DNA of 64,000 nucleotides from Planctomycetota bacterium (GCA_013152205.1 JAADGV010000108.1:7127-71126); one strand, 5' to 3'; shown: positions 1 to 10,447, counted from the stretch's first letter. Notes: a model not told the origin generated them from the letters alone. Made by a program: numbers and translations.

Positions 1-2
1 GA

Positions 3-1556
3 CGTATACCAGAAGAACGACGCAATCGAAGCGACCGTCGCCGGTTCAAGAAACGGCGTCAGGTAGACGAACAATTTGCGGTGATCGAAATTGCTACTAC
101 CGATTTGCGTGTAGTCATTCTGAATCGTAATTCGGAGGATTCCGCAGATAAGGTGCAAATGGCAGTCGTTCCTTGGCGCAACGATGCCACTTCGCTAAAC
201 AGCGAAGCGGGAAAGAAAGAACTAAGTCGTGCTCTTCGCGAATTGTGCCAGGAGTATCACCTGCAAACATCGCAAGTTCGCTTTGTGCTTGGTGGAGCAT
301 TGTGTGTCACCAAAGCAATCCGCGGTACGACCGAAGAAGTCCGTAACGAATTGCAACAGATCAAACAACGAAGTCGCCTTTATCTAATGTTGGGGCCAGG
401 TGAGAAAGTTTCGGTCAGTAGCAGTCGATCGATCGACGCTAGGCATGAGTATGCGATAGCTGCAACCTGTAATCAGAAAACATTAGAGACCATCCACTCC
501 GCTGCAAACTTTGCTGGCATCAAGATTGAATCGATCGAACCTGCTTTGGTCTCGATTAGTCGAATTATTGAGCGACTGAAAGAAGCCCCGACCGAGCCGT
601 GTCTCATCATACATCTGGATAAGAACACTTCGGAGCTAGGAATTTGCCACGAGGGACAACTGTTGCTCGACTATCGCCCTGGGGGGCTTACCGACAGTCG
701 CGACCTTGTTGAATTGGTACAAACCCATCTAAGCCGATTGCAACGCCACGTGGGACGGCAGCTTCGTGAGGCTCCGCCAAAGCTGAAGAAAATCTATCTC
801 TGCGGAGAAAAAGAGGCGGTTGACAGTGCTTACCCTGCTTTCGCTGCATGTGAAGAATTTGAGGTTCAAAGAATCGATCCCGCTGGAATTCAGGCTACGT
901 GGGAGTTTGAGAATGATGTGATCGGGTCGGCCAGTGTGCCGGCACTTGGCACCCTGTTGAGCACCTATCTTCCAGAGGAGGAATGCCATACTCCGAATTT
1001 TATGGAACACATCCTTGCCAGCACACGTGTGCCGCTCGGGCCTATCTTGATTCGGAGTGCTATCCCGCTGGCGGCGGTGTTACTGGTCGCTTGCGGTTTT
1101 TTGCTTGCCAACAATCGAGAACAGGCGGCTGCTAGCGATCTCGAGCAACGAGTTGAGCGTTTGCTACCAGCCCAGGGAAGAGCGAGGGAATTGCGACTCA
1201 GGCTGATATCAGCCGATGCAAAGCTCACTCAGCTAAATCGCATGGCTGAAAAAGTGCATTCATTGCCAGCAAATGAAGTGCTCGGCTGGGTAGGCCATTG
1301 TATGCCTAGCGATGTTTGGCTTAGCAAGCTAGCAATGGACGGGGGACGCACGATCAAACTAGACGGCGTAAGCTATCTTGAGACTGGAGTTTTCGACTTT
1401 GTTCGCTGGTTGGAGCAGTCTCCCCACTTTTCAGATGTTGCACTTCGCAGCACCCGACCCGCGCAATCACCCTCTGGCCCCGCCATCAACTTTGACGTTG
1501 AGTTAAAGTTTGCCGATTTGGAAACTCCCGTAAAAGAGGTAGCTCGCAATGAATGA
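3..1556 (+). CDS. PilM-like (ASKHA) domain fused to TM and PilN-like domain; 5'-partial
   Basis: The frame is open from base 3 (RIPEERRNRSDRRRFKKRRQVDEQFAVIEI), so the start probably lies upstream of the window. PilM-like first strand (AVIEIATTDLRVV) and KKIYLCGE; single TM; PilN-like PSDVWLSKL...FDFVRWLEQSPHFSDV. Confidence 0.75.
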   Translation, partial: RIPEERRNRSDRRRFKKRRQVDEQFAVIEIATTDLRVVILNRNSEDSADKVQMAVVPWRNDATSLNSEAGKKELSRALRELCQEYHLQTSQVRFVLGGALCVTKAIRGTTEEVRNELQQIKQRSRLYLMLGPGEKVSVSSSRSIDARHEYAIAATCNQKTLETIHSAANFAGIKIESIEPALVSISRIIERLKEAPTEPCLIIHLDKNTSELGICHEGQLLLDYRPGGLTDSRDLVELVQTHLSRLQRHVGRQLREAPPKLKKIYLCGEKEAVDSAYPAFAACEEFEVQRIDPAGIQATWEFENDVIGSASVPALGTLLSTYLPEEECHTPNFMEHILASTRVPLGPILIRSAIPLAAVLLVACGFLLANNREQAAASDLEQRVERLLPAQGRARELRLRLISADAKLTQLNRMAEKVHSLPANEVLGWVGHCMPSDVWLSKLAMDGGRTIKLDGVSYLETGVFDFVRWLEQSPHFSDVALRSTRPAQSPSGPAINFDVELKFADLETPVKEVARNE

Positions 1557-2175
1557 GTCGCTAATACGCAAATTTTGCGAAAGTTCCCACCGTAAACTAA
1601 TCGTCGTAATCGCTACTATCGCTATTGGGCTCGTGGTGTTGATCCCTTTGGTCGATGAGTATTTTGACATCAAGGAGAGTTGTAGGGCTCTTGCGGACAA
1701 ATTGGATTGTGCCCATCAAACGGCCAAGACTCTGCCGGACATTGAAGGACAGGTTCTTCGGCTTACTGGTGAGCTGAGAGAGTTGGAGAAACGGGCGGTA
1801 TCAGAAAAAGGCGTGAGCCAGTATCGCCGCAAGCTAGTTGAGTTAATTCGTAGTGCTGATTGTCGTGTCCGTCGGCTTGAGGTTAGCCAGCCAACGCTGC
1901 GGCCTTGGCTAGAAAACGATGACCCGCTTCAGCAAATAGTGCCCAAGGGAATGGCCGTCAAAAAGACGCCCTTCACGCTCGAAAGACGAAGTGTATTGTT
2001 GCTAGTCGACGGAACGATGGGGAATGTCCGGAGTCTCCTGGAACAGCTACATAAAGATAAAGCGTTGGCCTACCCGAGCCGATTGGATTTGCGTACCAAT
2101 GCGGGGCGGGGTGGTTCGGTAACTCTGGAAATGGAAATGTGGCTGTTTGCCTTGGGAAGACAAACAGCGACGTAG
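1549..2175 (+). CDS. PilO/GspM-like inner membrane protein
   Basis: Overlaps the upstream gene by 8 bp; one N-terminal TM, then coiled coil and a ferredoxin-like C-terminus; position after PilN. Confidence 0.6.
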   Translation: MNESLIRKFCESSHRKLIVVIATIAIGLVVLIPLVDEYFDIKESCRALADKLDCAHQTAKTLPDIEGQVLRLTGELRELEKRAVSEKGVSQYRRKLVELIRSADCRVRRLEVSQPTLRPWLENDDPLQQIVPKGMAVKKTPFTLERRSVLLLVDGTMGNVRSLLEQLHKDKALAYPSRLDLRTNAGRGGSVTLEMEMWLFALGRQTAT

Positions 2176-2242
2176 AACCAGGCGTTACCGGCATCGCTGG
2201 ACATAAATAATTGATCTCGTAGAGTCGTGTCAGGGAGGACAC

Positions 2243-4219
2243 ATGCTCAAGCTTGGCGTATGTAAACTACTCGACAGGGTACGTCCGTTTTCGGTGTACA
2301 TGTTGACGGCTTCTGCGCTGATTCTATGCCTTGACTATTCGGCTTTGCTGCTCGCTGCGGAAGGCGTCGAAAGACCCGTCGAAGCGAAGCCTGCTCCCGT
2401 CCCAGCAAAGCGAGTGCAGCTACCCGCGATACCGCTCTCTCAAGCATTAGAGACTCGCGGCGACCTGACTCTCCAAGATACGACGATGGAGAAGGCGCTG
2501 CTTACCATCGGTGTGAGCTGGAGAGTAAACATCGTTATTGGTAAAGATGTGCAGGGGAAAATCAGCTGTGTTTACAGGGATACCCCGTTGCGCGAAGTTT
2601 TGGATGCCATCTTGCTAGCGAATGGTTACAGCTATCGGGCAGTGGGCGAGAGTCTTGTCGTACAAAAGGTGCAGGAAGTAGGCAGTGCCAATCCGCTTTT
2701 TCAATCGGCTTTCATTTCGATTACGCATAGCGATCTGGATGAGATTGTCGAAGGGGCCCGTTTGCTCATCAGTACCCAGGGGCAGATTAGTGCTTTGGAA
2801 TCGGCACGTAGCATCGTCGTTGTCGACTTTGCCGATCGAGTCGCGACCGTCCGAGATTTTGTTGCGAAGATGGATGCGGCTGCGTCGGAGGCTACGGGAG
2901 GCATCCCCGCCGAAACTTATAAACGGCTTGAGGTGGCCTACTTTCACACGCAGTACATTCCTGTCGACAATGTTAAAGACCCCTTAGATGCTGTGCTAAG
3001 CCAGGTGGGGCGAGTTGCTACGATGCCGGACGAGAATCGGATGATCGTTGTCGATTATGCGTCGAATATCGAAATGGTCAAAAGGGTGCTGGAGAAAATC
3101 GATCGACCTCGGCCGCAAGTCCGCATCACGGCGTTGATTTACGACATTAGCCTGCAAGATGTCGAGCAACTGGGATTCAATTGGAACAGCGCTGGCAAAG
3201 GTAATACTCTTGACGCCGATGGCAATGCGAATCAGGCAATTTCTCTCGCCACCCAGACGATGGCGCCTATTACTGCGGGGGCCAATGGCGGGGCTTTTGC
3301 GATTCAGAGCCTCACAAGGAACTTCGACATTCGAACCGTTGCGCAATTTCTGCAAAATGCTAATGATGCTCGCTTGCTTGCCGACCCGCATGTCACGGTG
3401 GAAGAAAACGAAACCGCGGATATGAGCAGCGTCCAGGAAATTCCCTTCCAGCAACTTACTCAGTCGGCGTTGGGCGGACAGATAGGCACAACTGCGTTTA
3501 AGAAGGTTGGCATTATGCTGAAGGTGGTTCCGACAGTGGCCGCCGACGGGACGATCAGGTTAACCATTGAGCAAGAGTTCAGTCGCTTGACCGGATTTAC
3601 CGAGAACGACGACCAGCCAATTATTGATAGCCGTACGGCGAACACCACGGTGCGTGTTGCCAATCGACACACGCTCGTTATTGGCGGTCTTCGGCAGCGA
3701 AGCGATACCGGGGAATTCAACGGTATTCCCTTCTTGAAAGATATTCGGTATATCGGCCCGCTGTTCCGTTCGCGGGATACTACTGTTCGCGAGAGTGAAC
3801 TGATCATCTTTATCATGCCCGAAATCATCGATTACGATCAGGCTTCTCTGGCGCGTGAATATCTGGCCCAAGAAACCATTGGCTGTCGATTACAGCGTAT
3901 TCCCAAGGCAGAAGGCTGTGGTGGTCCGAATGGCCAAGGGGGTGCGAATTGCGAAGTAACCCCGGGTGGCGAGATAGTAGGCGATCAATTGATGCTATTG
4001 CCCGTTGTCGGCGAGAAGGCTGGCGAGCTTGTTTTGCCGCAAGCGACAGAACCCTCGGCCGGTGTGAATACAGTTCCCTTACGACAAGGCTTTGGAGACC
4101 GGTATCGGGCCACTGGGGGTACCGACGCGCGGCGTCAACGTCTGATCGAGTCGGCGCCTAAGCCGCAAGAGCCTCGTAACGCCAAGTCCAGCAAATTGAA
4201 GCGGATTTTCGGCCTGTAA
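2243..4219 (+). CDS. Secretin (GspD/PilQ family)
   Basis: GGAGG RBS; N0/N domains; RPQVRITALI, ARLLADPHVTV, GIMLKVVP, LVIGGL, GIPFLKDI...GPLFRS, ELIIFIMPEII. Confidence 0.92.
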   Translation: MLKLGVCKLLDRVRPFSVYMLTASALILCLDYSALLLAAEGVERPVEAKPAPVPAKRVQLPAIPLSQALETRGDLTLQDTTMEKALLTIGVSWRVNIVIGKDVQGKISCVYRDTPLREVLDAILLANGYSYRAVGESLVVQKVQEVGSANPLFQSAFISITHSDLDEIVEGARLLISTQGQISALESARSIVVVDFADRVATVRDFVAKMDAAASEATGGIPAETYKRLEVAYFHTQYIPVDNVKDPLDAVLSQVGRVATMPDENRMIVVDYASNIEMVKRVLEKIDRPRPQVRITALIYDISLQDVEQLGFNWNSAGKGNTLDADGNANQAISLATQTMAPITAGANGGAFAIQSLTRNFDIRTVAQFLQNANDARLLADPHVTVEENETADMSSVQEIPFQQLTQSALGGQIGTTAFKKVGIMLKVVPTVAADGTIRLTIEQEFSRLTGFTENDDQPIIDSRTANTTVRVANRHTLVIGGLRQRSDTGEFNGIPFLKDIRYIGPLFRSRDTTVRESELIIFIMPEIIDYDQASLAREYLAQETIGCRLQRIPKAEGCGGPNGQGGANCEVTPGGEIVGDQLMLLPVVGEKAGELVLPQATEPSAGVNTVPLRQGFGDRYRATGGTDARRQRLIESAPKPQEPRNAKSSKLKRIFGL

Positions 4220-4355
4220 CGATTCTACGCATAGATCGACTCCTCTCTAGGTCGACCTAAATCTCGCTTGGCAAATTGCTTGGCCCGGGATGACGTAGAT
4301 TTCAGCGGACAAGTTGTTCCCTGTTTATTGAAATCCACTTACTAGGCCCCAAGCA

Positions 4356-4877
4356 ATGTTCAACCGAAATCGAATCGCTTTGGCTATTAGCCTTGGCACT
4401 GCGCTTAGTTTAATTGTCGGATGCGGTGCAGGGAATGCTCCTGGGACGGCACCCTCGGATAGCGAAGAATTGTCTTCTGCGCCAGTTGCAGCACAATTAA
4501 AAGTCGAAGGCGAACAACCGGCCAAAGAGGTTTCACCTTCGGATCAAGTTGTTCCAGGAAATGAGGACCAGCAAGCCACCGAGAAGCCAGAAACCTTGGC
4601 CTATGATCCGCCGTTTCCTGATCGGGTTGATCTGTTTGTGGCTCCAAAACGAAACGGACGCGGGATTGCTGCGACGCCTGAGGGGGTTGAGAGAGCGGTC
4701 GAGTTAATCGGTTTTGTGAATGTCGATTCTCAACAGGTGGTGCTTTCAATTGACGGGAAGGTCACTCCGCTGGGGGTGGGCAGCCAAATCGCAGAGATTG
4801 AAGTGATTTCGATTCAGCCCCCCGTGGTTGTATTGCAGCGAGGACGTCAGCGTTGGCGGGCAACGCTGGAGAATTAG
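4356..4877 (+). CDS. Lipoprotein with PilP/GspC-like C-terminal beta domain
   Basis: Lipobox IVGC, low-complexity linker, C-terminal beta-rich LIGFV...VVLQRG domain, adjacent to secretin. Confidence 0.55.
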   Translation: MFNRNRIALAISLGTALSLIVGCGAGNAPGTAPSDSEELSSAPVAAQLKVEGEQPAKEVSPSDQVVPGNEDQQATEKPETLAYDPPFPDRVDLFVAPKRNGRGIAATPEGVERAVELIGFVNVDSQQVVLSIDGKVTPLGVGSQIAEIEVISIQPPVVVLQRGRQRWRATLEN

Positions 4878-4894
4878 GCTTTGTCCCAAAACCA

Positions 4895-5008
<114 letters not shown>

Positions 5009-5019
5009 CTCTGTGCAGT

Positions 5020-6678
5020 CTAACTTTCCCAGGGGCTCTGGGGCTTCGACTCGGGTGTGGGGTGTAGTTCTGCTTCTTCTTCTGCAACTCGCGTCGGCAA
5101 AGCTTGCCGTTGGTGTTGTATCTCGCCCCAGGTCGCTCGGATATTTAGTAGCACCACCACCAAAGCGGTGGCGATCAACAGGGTGGCCAATGTTATTGGG
5201 TTGGTGGCACCAAAGCCAGACGGGCTTTGGTTGGCCAGTAACGATAACGTCCAAAATGGGTTCGAGATGTGCAGCAGGCTGTACTCAACCCTAAACTGCT
5301 GTGGGTGTGCTAGGTAGTCGAGTATTTGAGGCAGCCCAATGGCTGTCAACATGAGAAGCACATGCAGCAACACCCCGGCTGTCAGCGAGACGTAGATGAA
5401 ACGCCGCGCTAGCCCGATGAGCAACTTTCCTGCACCCAAAAAGATAACAAGGTAGCTCCAGCATACGACGACATAAAACTGCTCTGTAAAGAAACTGGTC
5501 GTGGTACCTGAAGATGTTGCCATGGCAAACATGAGGGCCCAGGCCAGGATAGCGACAAAAGAGAAATTCGCGATGCAGAACATGTAGCCGGTGCCTGGGC
5601 CAGGGTTCAGCCAGGTAAGAAACACTTCGCCAAGTGTGCTTTTCGGCAAGCTGCGCTGAACTCGTCGAGACAGGTAAGGCCATTCGCTTGTAAGGACTGC
5701 TCCCATGGCGTACCAGTAGGCCGCAGATACCGTGAGCGTAAACATCGCCGCATCACCAAAAATGCGCAAGCCCTCGGCCATCAGCATGACCGTTACCCAG
5801 CCAAGAAAACATGCTTGCTGAACAAGCATTGTCCATCTCATCGGGCTTGATCGGTTTTCGCTGTTAAACGCAATATGGGCAGCTGCGGCGGAATGGACGA
5901 GCGCAAAGGTTGTGGCATAGGCGGTAAGAAATGCCAGATTCACAATCCAAAACCAAGGGTCTCTTATAAACCGATAGCTTTCGAGGATGAACATGGTGGA
6001 TGAAGCAATCGCCCCAGCAAGGAAATAGGCAAAAATGAGTACCAAAACCACCGAGAGAATTACCTGTGCGTAGCGAGCCCGTGCTGCTGTGCCAGCCAAT
6101 AAAGCCATCATCGACAGCCCTAGCGAAGTCAGCATAAAGTAGAAAAGCAGCAACGCCACGGTGAGGGTATCGACGCCTCGTAGAAGAAAAGTAAACGCAA
6201 TACACGGACTGACAGCCGACAGATAGACGAGCATTTGTACGACCGCACTACCGAGCTTGCCAGTAATGATTTGCCGAGTTGACAATGCCGAGATGGATAG
6301 CAGCTCGTAGGTGTTGTCTTCTTGCTCGACTGCCAAAGAACGAAACGCCGTGTACGGAACGATCAGCATCAGCGGAAACGCCAGAATGCCAAAGTAAAAA
6401 GAAAGCATCGTCGGACCTTCGGCCACATAGTAGACTTCGGGCCCTACAATAGCGACGACGGCAAAGCTTGTTATCCAACATGCGATGAGGACCAAGAAAA
6501 ACGTCAGCACAAACTGGCGGCTTTTTAGCGCCTGCCGCGTTTCTTTCACCATAATCGGATTGACGCGATCGACAGCAGCTTCTAGCCACTCCAGCCCCCG
6601 ACGCATGACCGCATCCAGGCGGTCGGTGGTTGCTGGTTCTACTGTTTCCTCGGCGGTGGTTAGATCGGAACTGCTCAT
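5020..6678 (-). CDS. ABC-2 type transporter permease
   Basis: NPIMVKETRQALKSR, EQEDNTYELL, IITGKL motifs; more than 10 TM segments; ATGA overlap with the ATPase. Confidence 0.85.
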   Translation of the reverse strand: MSSSDLTTAEETVEPATTDRLDAVMRRGLEWLEAAVDRVNPIMVKETRQALKSRQFVLTFFLVLIACWITSFAVVAIVGPEVYYVAEGPTMLSFYFGILAFPLMLIVPYTAFRSLAVEQEDNTYELLSISALSTRQIITGKLGSAVVQMLVYLSAVSPCIAFTFLLRGVDTLTVALLLFYFMLTSLGLSMMALLAGTAARARYAQVILSVVLVLIFAYFLAGAIASSTMFILESYRFIRDPWFWIVNLAFLTAYATTFALVHSAAAAHIAFNSENRSSPMRWTMLVQQACFLGWVTVMLMAEGLRIFGDAAMFTLTVSAAYWYAMGAVLTSEWPYLSRRVQRSLPKSTLGEVFLTWLNPGPGTGYMFCIANFSFVAILAWALMFAMATSSGTTTSFFTEQFYVVVCWSYLVIFLGAGKLLIGLARRFIYVSLTAGVLLHVLLMLTAIGLPQILDYLAHPQQFRVEYSLLHISNPFWTLSLLANQSPSGFGATNPITLATLLIATALVVVLLNIRATWGEIQHQRQALPTRVAEEEAELHPTPESKPQSPWES

Positions 6679-7622
6679 TGGATTTTGCCCTCCGTCACAT
6701 GCAGGAACACATCTTCCAGACTTTTTTGTTTGCTGGCAAATTCCACGACCTGAAATCCTGCTTCGATCACTTCGCGCAGTAGCAAGGCTTGTGCTTCCTG
6801 GCCCCCCTCATGGGTAAGCGTGATCAGCCCGACATTGACCGAGACATTGGAAATGTCGTTACGCTTCGCAAACCAATCGACCATCGGTTGCTCGTTGCCC
6901 AATAGCCGTAGGCGGACGTGACTTGAGGTTTCTGAAGTCTCGCTAATTTCGTCGACGGTTCCTACTGCCAAAAGGCGGCCGGTTTCGATGATGGCGACCT
7001 TGTCGCAGATTTCTGCCAGTTCGGTAAGAATGTGCGAGCTAATCAGCACAGCTTTGCCCATCGTGGCCAACTGAGAGATCATCTCTCGCAGCTCGATGCG
7101 TGCCCGAGGGTCTAGCCCCGCCGCCGGTTCGTCGAGGATCAGCACTGCGGGGTCATGAATCATCGTGCGGCCCAGGCAGAGCCGTTGTTTCATGCCCTTC
7201 GACAACCCATCGATGGGCTTCTTGGCTAGCTTGTCGAGCATGGTGAACTCCATCACCGAGCCGATGGCCTGCTTTCGCTCATGGCCCCTTAGTCCATAGG
7301 CACGGGCAAAAAAGTCGAGATATTCGCGGACGTTGACATTCTGGTAGGTGCCAAAGTAGTCAGGCATAAACCCTAGACGCCGTCGGACTCGGTCGGGGTC
7401 GTCGATCACCGAAAAACCGTCGACAAACGCATCGCCTGCGGTTGGCTCGTCGAGCGTGGCGAGGATGCGCATGCTGGTCGTCTTGCCGGCGCCATTAGGG
7501 CCGATGTAGCCGAAGACCTCGCCGGAATAAACTTCGAAGCTCATGTCTTGGACGGCGCGCGTGGTGCCGAAATATCGGTGCAACCTTCGCAGCTCGATCA
7601 GCGGGTGACGAGGTTTAATCAT
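6675..7622 (-). CDS. ABC transporter ATP-binding protein
   Basis: Walker A GPNGAGKT, signature LSKGMKQ, Walker B LILDE, ISSH. Start set to ATG 7622, overlapping the upstream stop. Confidence 0.95.
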   Translation of the reverse strand: MIKPRHPLIELRRLHRYFGTTRAVQDMSFEVYSGEVFGYIGPNGAGKTTSMRILATLDEPTAGDAFVDGFSVIDDPDRVRRRLGFMPDYFGTYQNVNVREYLDFFARAYGLRGHERKQAIGSVMEFTMLDKLAKKPIDGLSKGMKQRLCLGRTMIHDPAVLILDEPAAGLDPRARIELREMISQLATMGKAVLISSHILTELAEICDKVAIIETGRLLAVGTVDEISETSETSSHVRLRLLGNEQPMVDWFAKRNDISNVSVNVGLITLTHEGGQEAQALLLREVIEAGFQVVEFASKQKSLEDVFLHVTEGKIQ

Positions 7623-9780
7623 ACGACCAAGCTCCCCGTACAACATGAAAACTGGCGGATTCGGTTGCGTCTTCGAGTCCTAATGAAACTTCGGCGCCCT
7701 CAGCGGTGATGGCAATGTAAACCCCATGATCTAAACCGTCGGATAAGGGCGAAATGAGCGAGCCGATGTAATCTTCGAGTAAGCTTTCCGCATTAGGAGA
7801 ATCCTGGTCGAAGTAGCCATAGCCCCTCGATCGGTTAGTCAACTGAGCCATCTCTAGCCCCGCCGGAAACTCGGGGTCGTTTTCAGTGATGAGTTTGCGT
7901 AATTCGAGTATCGCCGCCAACGATTCGCTGGGTTCTAGCGAGCCAGTTTGGCTGGCATCAATGTCGTTGCCCATGTAAAAATTGCCTTCATGGTCCCGGA
8001 CGATCAACGTCAAAATTTTGGTACCCAGTTGATTGGTGGCGGTAAGATTCTCGTTGGACGATTGGAACGATATTTTTCGAGCCGATGGGCGAGCGCTAAT
8101 CGTGAGATACTGCGTCGGGGTGCGCGAGGCGAGCCAACCGCGGGTGAGTTTCTGCCCGTCGCCCCACAGAACTTCACGCGATTGTAAGGCATGACGATTA
8201 CCCGAGCTTGCTGGAAGGATCGGATAGACCAGTGTGTCGTTGGGCATCGTCAGCCCCTTCGAGGGCGCGATGCCCGCGTAGTAAGACAGCCTGGCCCAGC
8301 AGACGGCTTCGCCGAGGCGTTGGTCAAGAATCGTTATGCTGCGTGCCCTCACACGTACCCCGAATCCGTCGGCGACAAAACCGTAGGCAAATAAAATCAC
8401 CGTGGTCACCAAAGCGGCTGCCGGTACGGTCAATAGCATCAAAGGCAGCCGCTGGCGTCGCTTTAATAACCAGTAATTCAATGGCCCAATGGCAAGGATA
8501 AACAGCGTAATCAAGAGTTGAAATTCGAGGACCGGTGCGGTTCCGACATCGGGGATCAAGAATTTGCCAAATTCTAAATTTCCTGCGCCTGGGTTGTTGC
8601 CATGCCGGTCGACCCAATCGAGTCGGCTGCCCAAGAAGGTTTGATTGATTGTCGCCATCGTGGCGTTCATGTCAGTCGACCCCTTCTTGATGGCGGAATC
8701 AGAGAAAGCAACGAGGGTTCCCATGCCGTAGCCACGGGCAACAAACATGTCCTTAGAATCACCAGCCAAGCTGTTTCCGAGGGCGTCTTTGGGCGATGGC
8801 GTATCGAGCGGGCTTAGCTTATGAAGCCCTTCAAGGCTAACGATGGCGTCGATGCTATCTGTCTGGCCGTGAGTGAGAGCCAGAGGATACCAACCCCGCT
8901 GCGCCATGGTCTTCGGCTCTTGGGCCTCTTGCGATGTTTGTTCCGGCGATGAAAGGAGCAATGCTTTTTCGACGACCTCTAGTTTTTCGTATTTTGCTCC
9001 TGTCTCGACGACCCAAAGGTTTCCGCCGGCGCGTACCCATCGCAGCAAGTGGGCGAATCTAGCGGAGGCGGTGACGCTCCATCGCTTAAGATCGTCGGGA
9101 TAAACAACAACAAGGTCTAGTGTGGAATAGTGTTTCCAATCTTCGGGAAGATTGGTGCTTTGATGCGCAAATGCGGCAATCTCTTGATTTTGTGAAAATG
9201 CGTCAAAATGGTCGTGGTGATCTTTTGATACGAAAAACAGAGCCGCATAGCCCGAGCTTTGGTTGTTCGCAAAAAAAGTAAGAGCATTCGAAGTTCCTGA
9301 AAGCTCCTTGTCTTTTCGGCCATCAATCCACACTTCACAATTGGCAAAATCCAAATCGAGGTACTGGGGAACCAGCATCGTGACCGTGGCGTCGCTCGTA
9401 CCTTGCCGCATCTCGAAGTCTTGCTCGACAGCGATCAATTCGTGTTGGTCCCAACTGAAGCCGGCTAAAAAACGTACGGTAATCTGGGTATCGCCCGTTA
9501 CCGGCTTCGCTGAAGAAACCGTAATTTGCATCGGTCGGTAGCCTCGATTGCCGCCAAACACAGAGCTGGCGGAAATTCGCAAGCCAGATTTTTTTGTGAA
9601 GGTTGGATTTCCTTTATTGTCGATGGGCCAAGCAAAGGAAATGACGTCTACGGCATTGGCAGTATTCTGATTCAGCAGCCCGAAACTCATCGAGCTAAAA
9701 ATAGCCAATAGAAAAAATCGAACAATAATCGTTGCTAGCCCAGGGCAGCCCGGTCGAACGTGTTGGAATTGATCGGGCAT
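7615..9780 (-). CDS. Large membrane-anchored ABC accessory protein (GATase1-like domain plus TM hairpin)
   Basis: 721-aa ORF with signal-like N-terminus, YSTLDLVV...LLRWVRAGGNL, and TM pair FILAIGPLNYWLLKRR. Confidence 0.65.
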   Translation of the reverse strand: MPDQFQHVRPGCPGLATIIVRFFLLAIFSSMSFGLLNQNTANAVDVISFAWPIDNKGNPTFTKKSGLRISASSVFGGNRGYRPMQITVSSAKPVTGDTQITVRFLAGFSWDQHELIAVEQDFEMRQGTSDATVTMLVPQYLDLDFANCEVWIDGRKDKELSGTSNALTFFANNQSSGYAALFFVSKDHHDHFDAFSQNQEIAAFAHQSTNLPEDWKHYSTLDLVVVYPDDLKRWSVTASARFAHLLRWVRAGGNLWVVETGAKYEKLEVVEKALLLSSPEQTSQEAQEPKTMAQRGWYPLALTHGQTDSIDAIVSLEGLHKLSPLDTPSPKDALGNSLAGDSKDMFVARGYGMGTLVAFSDSAIKKGSTDMNATMATINQTFLGSRLDWVDRHGNNPGAGNLEFGKFLIPDVGTAPVLEFQLLITLFILAIGPLNYWLLKRRQRLPLMLLTVPAAALVTTVILFAYGFVADGFGVRVRARSITILDQRLGEAVCWARLSYYAGIAPSKGLTMPNDTLVYPILPASSGNRHALQSREVLWGDGQKLTRGWLASRTPTQYLTISARPSARKISFQSSNENLTATNQLGTKILTLIVRDHEGNFYMGNDIDASQTGSLEPSESLAAILELRKLITENDPEFPAGLEMAQLTNRSRGYGYFDQDSPNAESLLEDYIGSLISPLSDGLDHGVYIAITAEGAEVSLGLEDATESASFHVVRGAWSYD

Positions 9781-9789
9781 GGCAAACCG

Positions 9790-10089
9790 TTACGAGTTCT
9801 CAGGGGTGTCGTCAAGCGTTGGCGGAAACCGTTTGTCGCTGCTGGTTTGCATCCCGCCTTGATTCGTGCGAGCTGGCGACAACGGCGCACCGATGATTTT
9901 GCCAAAGTAAGATGCCAACAGATACAAACTGGCATGAACGGCAAACATCCCTAGAATACTAACTACGGTGATGGTAATCACCACCGCCCACTCATGTCCG
10001 CGAAGGGCTTCGCCAGCAATCAAAAAAAACACGGCGCAGATGGTGACGCCGATAAGCGTGGTGCGCAGCGAATAGCGAGGGATTAGCAT
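9790..10089 (-). CDS. Small two-TM membrane protein (planctomycete RFSLRT-type)
   Basis: PRYSLRTTLI N-terminus with two hydrophobic helices; 9 bp upstream of the next gene. Confidence 0.7.
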   Translation of the reverse strand: MLIPRYSLRTTLIGVTICAVFFLIAGEALRGHEWAVVITITVVSILGMFAVHASLYLLASYFGKIIGAPLSPARTNQGGMQTSSDKRFPPTLDDTPENS

Positions 10090-10166
10090 GAGGTCAATTG
10101 TGTCAGAAAGTAGTCTCGCTCGGCAAGCACCTAGAAGACTGCATAGTCAGTATGATCAAGCAATTT

Positions 10167-10234
10167 TTTGACAGGATTTACAAGATTGACAAGACGGGTA
10201 TAAAAAACCGCTAATGAGCACTGATAAACGCTAA
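10167..10234 (+). repeat. Orphan left arms of tandem-unit IR elements
   Basis: tttgacaggatttacaagattgacaagac, then aaccgctaatgagcactgataaacgctaa, which resembles the 18723 arm. Confidence 0.55.
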
Positions 10235-10447
10235 GAGCTGGACTTTTGCATTTCAAGGTCAATTGTCTCGTCAGTTTAGCTGGCGAGTGCTAGATAGGTG
10301 CGTTCGCCTAGAGGAAGTGGCCGTTTTGGGAACTGAACGACTGATATTTATTTCTCCCGATGCTTTGACACACTTTTCAGTAAGACGATATACTGCGGTT
10401 ACAGTAATCCTTTGTGCCGAAACTTCATTCGAGGTAACCCTCCAGAG

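Noticed and set aside
1-66. Frame-1 ORF tail ending at TAG 64-66
   Set aside because: It cannot be distinguished from chance, and the frame-3 extension of the PilM-like gene is more plausible.
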